The notes beneath the pieces were generated by a model. That model ran no database searches. It saw only the letters and a list, made by a program, of their open reading frames with translations, and was not told where the DNA came from. A program made the position numbers and the translations under genes. A DNA stretch of 64,000 nt from an uncultured Actinomycetes bacterium (GTDB taxonomy: Bacteria; Actinomycetota; Acidimicrobiia; Spongiisociales; ZC4RG35): contig CAVSQY010000014.1 of NCBI GenBank assembly GCA_963730285.1, forward strand, positions 11,992-75,991, given 5' to 3'. Below, piece by piece: positions 56,758 to 64,000 of the stretch (positions are counted from its first letter, which is position 1; each line of letters starts with the position of its first letter).

Positions 56758-58356
56758 ATGTCGACCAAGCTCCAAGTTGGGGTCTCCCGACCCATTGGGT
56801 GTCGGCGCTCGCTGGTCGATCAAGGACCCGTGTCGTTCTTCCAGAATTCTGCCCGCAAAGAATCGGCCCGCGACCTGATTGCCTCTACCGGTGGATCCCG
56901 GGAGTTGCGTGAGGACAAGGACGAATTCCTTCGCGCCGCCTACCACCACATCAGTAATCCGCTTGGCGCCATCGTCGGATTTTCCGAGATGCTCCGGGAT
57001 CGTTCCCGCGATATCAGCGCCGGGGTCCGCAACGAGGTGATAGAGCTTCTCACGCTCCAGGCCCAGGAGACAGCTCGACTGGTCGATGACCTGCTCGTCA
57101 CGGCGACCATCGATCTCTCCGAGCTCGAGATCACGACCGGCGAAGTCGACTTGCGCATGGTTGTCGAGAGCGCCACCTCAGAGTGGGCATCACGTCAGCG
57201 CTCCCGGCTCACGGTCAGCGGCAATTCGAAGGCCCGGGCCGACCAGCACTGGGTCACTCACATCGTTCGAAATCTTCTGCGCAATGCCGTTTCGTTCGGC
57301 GGAGACAACATCAGCGTTCGGATCACCGAGGGTCATCACCGGGTCGTGCTCGAGGTGATGGACGACGGTGCCGGTGTCTCTCCCGAGGATGTAGAACAGA
57401 TCTTTGATCCCTATCACACGAGATCCGGACGGAGCTCTTCTGATCCCTCACTCGGCCTCGGCCTGTTCGTGGGCCGTCGCCTGGCCCGGGCAATGGGCGG
57501 GGACGTCCAATACATGCGGGAAGACGGCATGACCGTGTTCGAGCTCTCCCTGCCGCGGGTGAGTCTGCAGACATCATCGTGGGAGCCGATGCCCGATGTG
57601 GTCATCGATCCCATGGAGGGGCGGCCGACTCAGGAGTCCGTGTCCAGGATCGTCGACACTGGCGGGCCCGAGATGGTCTATCAGCCGATCATGGATCTGA
57701 GGGCCCACCGAGTCGGCGACAGTCGAACCATCGGGTACGAGAGCCTGGCGCGGTTCCCATTCTCCACGCCACCCGTCTGGTTTGAGATGGCGGGCTCGTT
57801 GGGGATGCGGTTGGACCTCGAGTTGGCGGCGATCACAGCCGCCATCGCCGGCTTCGCCCCATCCAATCACGACGGATTCCTCGCCCTCAACCTTTCCGAC
57901 ACCACGTTGACATCGTCACGTCTGGTCGAGTCGCTGGACGGGCTCGATCCGGGGCGTATCGTCCTGGAGCTATCCGAGGTGGCCGCGATCAAGAGCTACG
58001 AGGCGACCCGTCGACATGTGGACGCTCTCCGTGACGCGGGGATACGCCTCGCGGTGGACGATGTGGGATCGGGCGAGATCGATCTGTGGCAAATCCTTCG
58101 ACTGGAGCCTGCCGTGATCAAGATCGACATGTGCCTGGTTCGAGACATCGAGCACACGCCCCGTAACCGGGCCTTGATTCGTGGCATGGCAGCCATGGCC
58201 CAGGACCTGGGGACCATGGTGATCGCCGAGGGTGTCGAGTCGACTGAGGAAGAAGAGCAACTGCTGCATCTGGGCGTCGAGTACGGGCAGGGTTACCTTC
58301 TCGGCAAGCCACGTGCCCTCCAGTGGAAGACCCGGGTGCTCCAGGACGTCGATTGA
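56758..58356 (+). CDS. Histidine-kinase-like (HisKA + HATPase_c) protein fused to a C-terminal EAL (c-di-GMP phosphodiesterase) domain
   Basis: H-box RAAYHHISNPLGAIVGFSEML; HATPase VTHIVRNLLRNAVSFGG...GLGLFVGRRLARAMGGDV. EAL domain YQPIMDLRAHRVG...GYESLAR (ESL variant of EAL), ...LALNLS..., LELSE, AVDDVGSG (DDFGTG-like), IKID, VIAEGVES, GQGYLLGKP. First ATG (56758) abuts the tRNA-Ser CCA; an in-frame GTG at 56830 is an alternative start. Confidence 0.7.
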   Translation: MSTKLQVGVSRPIGCRRSLVDQGPVSFFQNSARKESARDLIASTGGSRELREDKDEFLRAAYHHISNPLGAIVGFSEMLRDRSRDISAGVRNEVIELLTLQAQETARLVDDLLVTATIDLSELEITTGEVDLRMVVESATSEWASRQRSRLTVSGNSKARADQHWVTHIVRNLLRNAVSFGGDNISVRITEGHHRVVLEVMDDGAGVSPEDVEQIFDPYHTRSGRSSSDPSLGLGLFVGRRLARAMGGDVQYMREDGMTVFELSLPRVSLQTSSWEPMPDVVIDPMEGRPTQESVSRIVDTGGPEMVYQPIMDLRAHRVGDSRTIGYESLARFPFSTPPVWFEMAGSLGMRLDLELAAITAAIAGFAPSNHDGFLALNLSDTTLTSSRLVESLDGLDPGRIVLELSEVAAIKSYEATRRHVDALRDAGIRLAVDDVGSGEIDLWQILRLEPAVIKIDMCLVRDIEHTPRNRALIRGMAAMAQDLGTMVIAEGVESTEEEEQLLHLGVEYGQGYLLGKPRALQWKTRVLQDVD

Positions 58357-58450
58357 CGCGGCCTTCGAAACAGCCGGTCACCGCTCACAGGCTCGTTTCC
58401 ACATAGCCTGGGTAGCCAATAACGTACGACATCGGCGATGACGCCGTATT

Positions 58451-58543
<93 letters not shown>

Positions 58544-58561
58544 AACGCCGACGACTGAGGG

Positions 58562-60253
58562 CTACTCGGCTGCCTCTGACTCGATCCAGTCCTCGACGGT
58601 GTCGGCCAGAAGTGGCAGAGTCATCGCCCCGCTGGTGAGCAGGGTGTCGTGGAATCCCTTGATATCGAATCGATCACCGAGACGCTCCTCCGCCTTTCGC
58701 CGCAGACTCATGATCTCGATCTGGCCCATCTTGTAGGAAAGCGCCTGCCCGGCCATCCCGATGTATCGATCCACCTCCTGTTCGACGGTGAGACGCCCGA
58801 TCGGCGTCCACTCCAGGAGGAAGTCGATTGCCTTTTCACGCGACCATCCCAATGCATGGAGCCCGGTGTCCACCACCAGTCGCCCGGCACGCCAGGCATC
58901 AGCGCTGAGCATCCCGAGGCGGTCCACGTCGGTGGAGAAGAGACCCATCTCGTCGGCGAGACGCTCGGCATAGAGGCCCCATCCCTCGGTGTGGGCATAA
59001 ACCTGGGCGTAACGGCGGAACATGGGGATGCCCACGAGCTCGGTGGCCAGAGACCGATCGAAGTGGTGGCCGGGTACGGCCTCGTGGAATGTCGTCGACT
59101 CGTACTCGAAGCGGTCCCGCTCCTCGGGCTTGTAAGTGTTGAGGAAGTAAGTGCCCTCCCGGGATCCATCCGGTGGGGGCTGCATGTAGTAGGCGGGCGG
59201 CATGGCCGGGGCGATCGATGCGGGTACCGGCACCACCTGGCAGGGTGTGGCTGGGCGAGCACCGAACCAGTCGTCCACGGCATTCCAGGCCCGGGTGATG
59301 GTTGCCCTTGCCTGCTCCAGCATCTCGTCCTCGCTGCTGAAACGAAACGAAGGGTCGGTGTGGAGACGATGGAAGATCGACTCCATAGATGTGTCGCCGA
59401 AGGCACTGTTGCCGATCTCTTCCCACTCGGTAACAAGGATGTCGGTGGCCCAGTCGAGGCCGATCTGGTGAATCTCCTCAGCCGTCTTGTCGAGCTGGGT
59501 GTATTTGTGGATCAAATGGCGATAGATCTCTTCGCCGTTGGTCATCCAGACCAAACCCGACTTCTCCGGTGGTCTGGTCACCGGGCCGATGTGCTCGACC
59601 AGACCGTCACGGAAGGCAGTCATCGCCGGTCTTATGACTCCGGTCACCAGGTCCCCGGCCCGCACCAGCCATGCCTCGGCATCGGCGCCCGCCGGGAGCT
59701 TCAGCTTCAGGAACGGATCGGTGTCCATCGTGGAAACGAGATAGCCATCCAGCTGGCTGATCACGCGGTCGAGCGAAGCTTGGGGCGGGGTCATCCCCTG
59801 AGCGGCGCACTGGCGAATCATGTCCAGGGCACCTGCCAGATACTCACCGGCCTTCGAGTACCGGTCGAGAAGCGCAGCCGCCTGGTCTGTCGTCGTCACC
59901 GTGTTCTGCTGCGTGTCGGAGAGGAGCCTGGTGTGTGGGCCTAGATACGGATCGACCGACGCAACGAAGAAGCGTTGCTCGATCTCGGTGGCCCACACCC
60001 CGGCCTCGTGGATCAACAAGTCCCTCGTGATCCGATCTTGAAGTCCGAGATCTGAGGGCTCTATGCCGCTCGCCTCGGACTCGATGGCCCGGAGCTTTCC
60101 GGCCATCCCGTCCAGCCATCCCCCATCGAACTGTCTCAGCCGGTCGTCAAAGGAATGCTCGCCACGCACCGTCGCAACGGTGGGAAAATACTCGGAGTAG
60201 GCCATCCAGAAGCGATCGGAGAGTTGCTCGAGGGTCATGGGCGCACCGTACAC
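58562..60253 (-). CDS. DUF885 family protein (putative metallopeptidase-like, HExxH)
   Basis: 563 aa; ...YESTTFHEAVPGHHFDRSLA... (HEAVPGHH zinc motif typical of DUF885). Confidence 0.7.
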   Translation of the reverse strand: MYGAPMTLEQLSDRFWMAYSEYFPTVATVRGEHSFDDRLRQFDGGWLDGMAGKLRAIESEASGIEPSDLGLQDRITRDLLIHEAGVWATEIEQRFFVASVDPYLGPHTRLLSDTQQNTVTTTDQAAALLDRYSKAGEYLAGALDMIRQCAAQGMTPPQASLDRVISQLDGYLVSTMDTDPFLKLKLPAGADAEAWLVRAGDLVTGVIRPAMTAFRDGLVEHIGPVTRPPEKSGLVWMTNGEEIYRHLIHKYTQLDKTAEEIHQIGLDWATDILVTEWEEIGNSAFGDTSMESIFHRLHTDPSFRFSSEDEMLEQARATITRAWNAVDDWFGARPATPCQVVPVPASIAPAMPPAYYMQPPPDGSREGTYFLNTYKPEERDRFEYESTTFHEAVPGHHFDRSLATELVGIPMFRRYAQVYAHTEGWGLYAERLADEMGLFSTDVDRLGMLSADAWRAGRLVVDTGLHALGWSREKAIDFLLEWTPIGRLTVEQEVDRYIGMAGQALSYKMGQIEIMSLRRKAEERLGDRFDIKGFHDTLLTSGAMTLPLLADTVEDWIESEAAE

Positions 60254-60269
60254 AGCCTTGGCCCGCTGA

Positions 60270-61385
60270 TCATCCGGTTGCCTGCTGACTCTGACGGACC
60301 AACTCGACCGCCGCTGCGATCACGGCTGCGACCACGATGATGGACGACCCGACCACCGACAACCGGCCATACAGACCGGTTCCCACGGCCAGCCCACCGA
60401 CAACCGGACCAAAGACTCTCCCGGATGCCATCAGGGCCTGGGCGTCGCCGATCCGCTCACTGGGCACCAAGGAGCGCTCGGCGAGGAGTGAGAAGAGTGA
60501 CGGCACGGCCACCCAATAGGAGAACCCCCACAGGGCCATCGAGAGGAAGAAGATCAGGGGAATGCCCAGGGTCCCCAGGACCAGGGCAGAGAGCGCAGTC
60601 CCGACAAGCCAGATCCAGGAACGCCCTCGTGAGGCGACCACCCGGGTTCCAGCCACACCGGTCAGGGCATTCAAGCTGAGGGCCCACGAGACGGTGAGTG
60701 GTGACAATCCCAGCAGGCTGGTACCGGTGGCCCCGGAGAAGACGAAGACGGCTGATCCCCCGAGACTCAGCGTGAACAAGGAGGCGAGCAGCCAACGATT
60801 AGACCGGGATGCGCTGACAGTCCGGCCCACTCTGGGCAGGTCACCAAAGCCGACCCGAAGCGTCATGGCGATGAGCGCGAGCATGCCCAAGGTGGTAAAA
60901 GCCAAGCGATAGCCGCCGAATTCGATCAGCCAAGCCAAAACCGGTGAGGCGACCATGGCGGTCACCGGAGCCACCGCTGCCACCTCGCCGATGCCACGAG
61001 AGAACCTGGTGGCGTCGGCCCAGGCCACCCAGGTCAGTGTGCCCATCCCAATTCCCGAGACCACCCTGGTGGCGATAAGGATCGGAAAGGTGGTGGCCAG
61101 GGCGGCCCCGAAGCTGGCCCCTGCGATGACCACGAGCCCGCCGTAGTGAAGTCGTTTCCCCGGTCGAAACAGACGGCCTGCCAGGAAAGAAGCGATGGCG
61201 AAGCTCGCCACCTGCGCCGTGCTGAGCAGACCGGTGAGACCTATGGGAATATCGAGCTGGGTCGAAACATCAGGAAGAAGGAAAGGTGTCGCCGCGAAGA
61301 CGGCGGCGACGACGGCGGCCCCTGCAATGACACCGGAGGATGCCTGGGGGCGAACCGACTGGATGACCCGTAGCGGGAGCGCCAT
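60270..61385 (-). CDS. MFS transporter
   Basis: 371 aa, 12 hydrophobic segments. Confidence 0.75.
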   Translation of the reverse strand: MALPLRVIQSVRPQASSGVIAGAAVVAAVFAATPFLLPDVSTQLDIPIGLTGLLSTAQVASFAIASFLAGRLFRPGKRLHYGGLVVIAGASFGAALATTFPILIATRVVSGIGMGTLTWVAWADATRFSRGIGEVAAVAPVTAMVASPVLAWLIEFGGYRLAFTTLGMLALIAMTLRVGFGDLPRVGRTVSASRSNRWLLASLFTLSLGGSAVFVFSGATGTSLLGLSPLTVSWALSLNALTGVAGTRVVASRGRSWIWLVGTALSALVLGTLGIPLIFFLSMALWGFSYWVAVPSLFSLLAERSLVPSERIGDAQALMASGRVFGPVVGGLAVGTGLYGRLSVVGSSIIVVAAVIAAAVELVRQSQQATG

Positions 61386-61460
61386 GAGTCAGACAGTATG
61401 AACGGGGATAGGCCGCAATTATCGGCGGTTGATGCTCGGCGACGGCCGCATGCACGCCGT

Positions 61461-62537
61461 CTATGGAACCGAGGGTCGGGCTGTAGAGGCGGGAATCAGC
61501 GAGGAGCCCTCCTTCCTCGAGGCCTGTTCGAGGTTCAGGGCTCGCACACGTTGTAGCGCCCATAGCGCCGAGATCGTCGACTCGGCTCCGGCGTTTCCGT
61601 TGATGCCATCTCTGGTCAGCCCATCATGGCCTGCCCCGGATGGCGTGTCGTACAGGGGCATTCCCATGTCATTGACCCCCAGGAACCAGGACGCGGCTCT
61701 GACTGCGTGCTCCAGCCAGGCCGGGTCGGAGGTGGCCCGCCACGCAGCGAGGCATGCATCGCACATTGCCGTCGCCTCCAAAGGCTGTTGATCGAAGGCG
61801 ATTGATTCGTCATCGGGCCCTCGTCCTCCTACCGGCGTGAACGAAAAGTGATCCCCGGCCAGCTCGATGTCGATCAACCAACGCAGAAGTCGAAGACCCT
61901 CATCGACGAGGTCGGGGCGCCCACGGGCCACCCCCAAGGCGATCATGCACTCAGGGAGCCTGGCGTTGTCGTATGCGAGTCTTGGCTCAGGCCAGATCCA
62001 AGAACCGTCGTGAATGTGGGGGAGCATCTCGATGGCGGAATCCGACAGGGATATGGCGTACGGGTCGTCCGGCGTCCTGTCCAGCAGTGCTGCTGCGCCC
62101 AGTCCGCAGTAGACCCAGGGTCTCAACGAAGGATCGTCGAGCGGCCCCAGTCGTCGCAACACTCTTATCGCCCTGTCCGAGACAGAAACCGCGACTGCCT
62201 CGGCCGCCGCTATTCCAAGACCCCATATCACCCGCCCGTGCGCATCAGCGGACCAAGGCCCTCCCCAAACCTGGTCGGAGCTCAACCGATTTCTCAGACT
62301 CCCGTTCACGATGGCGCGATCGAGAAAGGAGAGGTACACCCCACTCAGGCGAGAGGCCTCGGTGCTCGAACTGTCCCATCTGATGGTCACCACCAGTGCC
62401 CTGGCCGCGTCCTCGGCCGTGTGTCCATGCCGCCGATCCGGTGTCAGCCCATTGGCATGCTCAACGATCCCAATGTGGTCGCTGAGACGGGCAAGGTGAC
62501 TCAGAACCGGGGATGGTGTCCGCTGGACGCGGTTCAT
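61461..62537 (-). CDS. Hypothetical protein (358 aa), translationally coupled to the upstream glycosyltransferase; possibly an (alpha/alpha)6-type glycoside hydrolase-like enzyme
   Basis: Only the C-terminal 358 aa of the 636-aa track ORF look protein-like (MNRVQRTPSPVLSHLARLSDHIGIVEHANG...). The N-terminal 278 aa are Arg/Pro-rich and lie in an alternate frame of the GT gene. ATG at 62535-62537 overlaps the GT stop (ATGA). Confidence 0.5.
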   Translation of the reverse strand: MNRVQRTPSPVLSHLARLSDHIGIVEHANGLTPDRRHGHTAEDAARALVVTIRWDSSSTEASRLSGVYLSFLDRAIVNGSLRNRLSSDQVWGGPWSADAHGRVIWGLGIAAAEAVAVSVSDRAIRVLRRLGPLDDPSLRPWVYCGLGAAALLDRTPDDPYAISLSDSAIEMLPHIHDGSWIWPEPRLAYDNARLPECMIALGVARGRPDLVDEGLRLLRWLIDIELAGDHFSFTPVGGRGPDDESIAFDQQPLEATAMCDACLAAWRATSDPAWLEHAVRAASWFLGVNDMGMPLYDTPSGAGHDGLTRDGINGNAGAESTISALWALQRVRALNLEQASRKEGSSLIPASTARPSVP

Positions 62538-63694
62538 CGCAGTGTCAGGGCGGTGTTCTGGATGGCTCTCTCGGCCAGGGCATCGTATCTGGCTGCGACA
62601 AACGGCCATGAGAAGCTGCGCCCGACGCGACGTGCGCCTGAGGCGGCTTTGAGCAGCGCTGCCGGATTGGTGACGTACTGCTCGATGGCTCGGGCAATGG
62701 CCGCAGGGTCGCGGTGGGGGACGATCACCCCGGCTCCAGCAGACAGCACCTCCACTGCATGGGGAAAGGCGGTGGCGATGACGGGCAGCCCGGCGGCCAG
62801 GGCCTCGACCAAGACCCCCGACGTGACCTGTTCCGCACTGTCGTAGGGGAGTATGACGACATGAGAGGCGCGGATCAGTTGCTGCAAGTCCCGCATCGGG
62901 AGATATCTGTTTTCCATGTCGAGCTGACTCTCGACACCGAGATCGGATGCGAGCCTCATCAAGTGGTTGCGATATGCCTCTCCCTCCCGGCGGCGCACGT
63001 TGGGATGAGTGGTGCCGGTGATCGCGAGTCGCGGCGGCACCTCGAGATGCCGAAGCAGCGGCAATGAGCGAATCGCCCACTCCAGACCCTTGCCCGGTCC
63101 GATCAGCCCCCAGTTGAGGATGTTCAAAGGTTGGCCAGGCTCTGGCGGCTCGACCGGTGTCGACAGGACGGGTGCGCCGTGAGCGATGACCTGCACTCTT
63201 CCCGCATCTATCGAGTAGAGGCGGGTCAGCCGTCTTCGCGCTTCGTTTGACATCACCACCAACGTCGTCGCGAGCTCCCCCAGCTGCTCCAGGATCTGGC
63301 GCTGGTGTGGGGTGGGCGTGGCAGGAACGGTGTGGAGGGTGACGATCACCGGGATCGGTGAGGATCGGCACAAGTCCAACACCCCGGCGCCGTCGTCCGG
63401 CCCATAGATGCCGTACTCGTGCTGGATCCAGAGCAAGTCATAGCCATGGCAAAGGGCGGCTATCTGGTCAACCCAGCCAGAAGAGCCCGGATCGACTTCG
63501 CCGACCATCTCCGGATCGAGGCAGATGGAGGCATCCTCTGCAGAGACGAGCCGCACGACCCGCCACGTAGAGGAGATGTCGTCGTTCTTGGCTGCCGATG
63601 CCAGGAGGGCACGGCTGAATGTCGCTATCCCGCACTGTGTGGGCGGGAAAGTGCTCACCACCAAGATTCGCTTCAACGATGACCCTTCGATCAT
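62534..63694 (-). CDS. GT4-family (group 1) glycosyltransferase
   Basis: N-terminal KRILVVSTFPPTQCGIATFSRAL; C-terminal GT-B motifs (...ASHVVILPYDSAEQVTSGVLVEALAAGLPVIATAFPHAVEVL). Confidence 0.8.
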   Translation of the reverse strand: MIEGSSLKRILVVSTFPPTQCGIATFSRALLASAAKNDDISSTWRVVRLVSAEDASICLDPEMVGEVDPGSSGWVDQIAALCHGYDLLWIQHEYGIYGPDDGAGVLDLCRSSPIPVIVTLHTVPATPTPHQRQILEQLGELATTLVVMSNEARRRLTRLYSIDAGRVQVIAHGAPVLSTPVEPPEPGQPLNILNWGLIGPGKGLEWAIRSLPLLRHLEVPPRLAITGTTHPNVRRREGEAYRNHLMRLASDLGVESQLDMENRYLPMRDLQQLIRASHVVILPYDSAEQVTSGVLVEALAAGLPVIATAFPHAVEVLSAGAGVIVPHRDPAAIARAIEQYVTNPAALLKAASGARRVGRSFSWPFVAARYDALAERAIQNTALTLR

Positions 63695-63867
63695 GGCGAC
63701 TACCCCATCGCTCCTAGTCTCGAGCATCATTCGCCTATCAGTTGAGTCATAGAGACCAAAGTCCCGATTTCAGTCTCGCCGGTTCCCGGGACTAGCGGCT
63801 ATTTGGGAATCCAGCTGACCGGTACCAGACCTCGGTCAGCTTTGCGTCGCCGCTCGTATCTTGGCGA

Positions 63868-64000
63868 TCAGGGCCTCGGGCCCGACTCGACCACTGCGTC
63901 GGGAACCCCATCGGAATACTGCTTGAAGTTGTCCCGGAACATCCCGGCGAGACGCTCCCGCTGGGCGTCGAAGGCGTTCTTGTCTGCCCAGGTGTCTCGC
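63868..64000 (-). CDS. 3' end of a gene running into the window end (C-terminus ...RDTWADKNAFDAQRERLAGMFRDNFKQYSDGVPDAVVESGPRP*); possibly GTP-dependent PEP carboxykinase C-terminus (uncertain)
   Basis: Open reverse frame to position 64000 with stop at 63868-63870; C-terminal motif W.DK.AFDAQ...LA.MF..NFK.Y recalled as PEPCK-GTP-like but not verifiable here. Confidence 0.3.
   Translation of the reverse strand, partial: RDTWADKNAFDAQRERLAGMFRDNFKQYSDGVPDAVVESGPRP

Noticed and set aside
62538-63371. N-terminal 278 aa of ORF 61461..63371
   Set aside because: Arg/Pro/His-rich, in an alternate frame of the GT4 gene; the real downstream gene starts at the ATGA overlap at 62537.

Overview
High-GC (~65%) actinobacterial-type chromosomal segment, gene-dense on both strands, with frequent ATGA/GTGA start-stop overlaps. 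I recognise about 70 CDS and 8 tRNA genes. Three apparent point errors (start codons 41847, 56758, 58451) were checked and are correct. Recognisable landmarks include the conserved cell-division/cell-wall Ser/Thr kinase cluster crgA / pknB-pbpA-rodA-pstP-fhaB-fhaA / tRNA-Leu (no pknA). serS sits with all four tRNA-Ser isoacceptors within about 6 kb. There are also tRNA-Ile, tRNA-Ala, tadA, a thiolase, a queA homologue, three sensor histidine kinases without cognate response regulators (one fused to an EAL domain), HNH/DUF222, VapBC and DUF433/DUF5615 pairs. The most unusual locus is 17.0-27.7 kb. It holds a 1421-aa one-component regulator (22475-26740) with N-terminal SARP winged-helix/BTAD, a degenerate class-III cyclase-like module, a STAND (NB-ARC-like) ATPase, a helical/TPR region and a C-terminal family-5 solute-binding-protein domain carrying the canonical SBP_bac_5 signature. 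Divergent from it is a DUF4242 (SCO4226-like) gene behind an 11-bp-phased direct repeat. Downstream on the same strand is a 927-aa membrane-anchored protein. Further on is an ECF sigma/anti-sigma operon whose anti-sigma extracytoplasmic two-domain module is duplicated as a divergently encoded secreted paralogue. A second DUF4242 + STAND-ATPase regulator pair sits at the window start (1-2563). Other notable structure: a 53-bp direct repeat of the tRNA-Ile 3' half delimits a 2.9-kb integrase-less islet (VapBC, LysR, DHFR-like). A 186-bp x3 tandem repeat encodes SLH-like domains on a beta-propeller protein. An alpha/beta-hydrolase paralogue appears frameshifted and fused in frame to a GT1 glycosyltransferase. 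A ~45-nt palindromic motif is present twice, each time just upstream of a + strand gene. All calls rest on manual translation and motif recognition; no database searches were possible.
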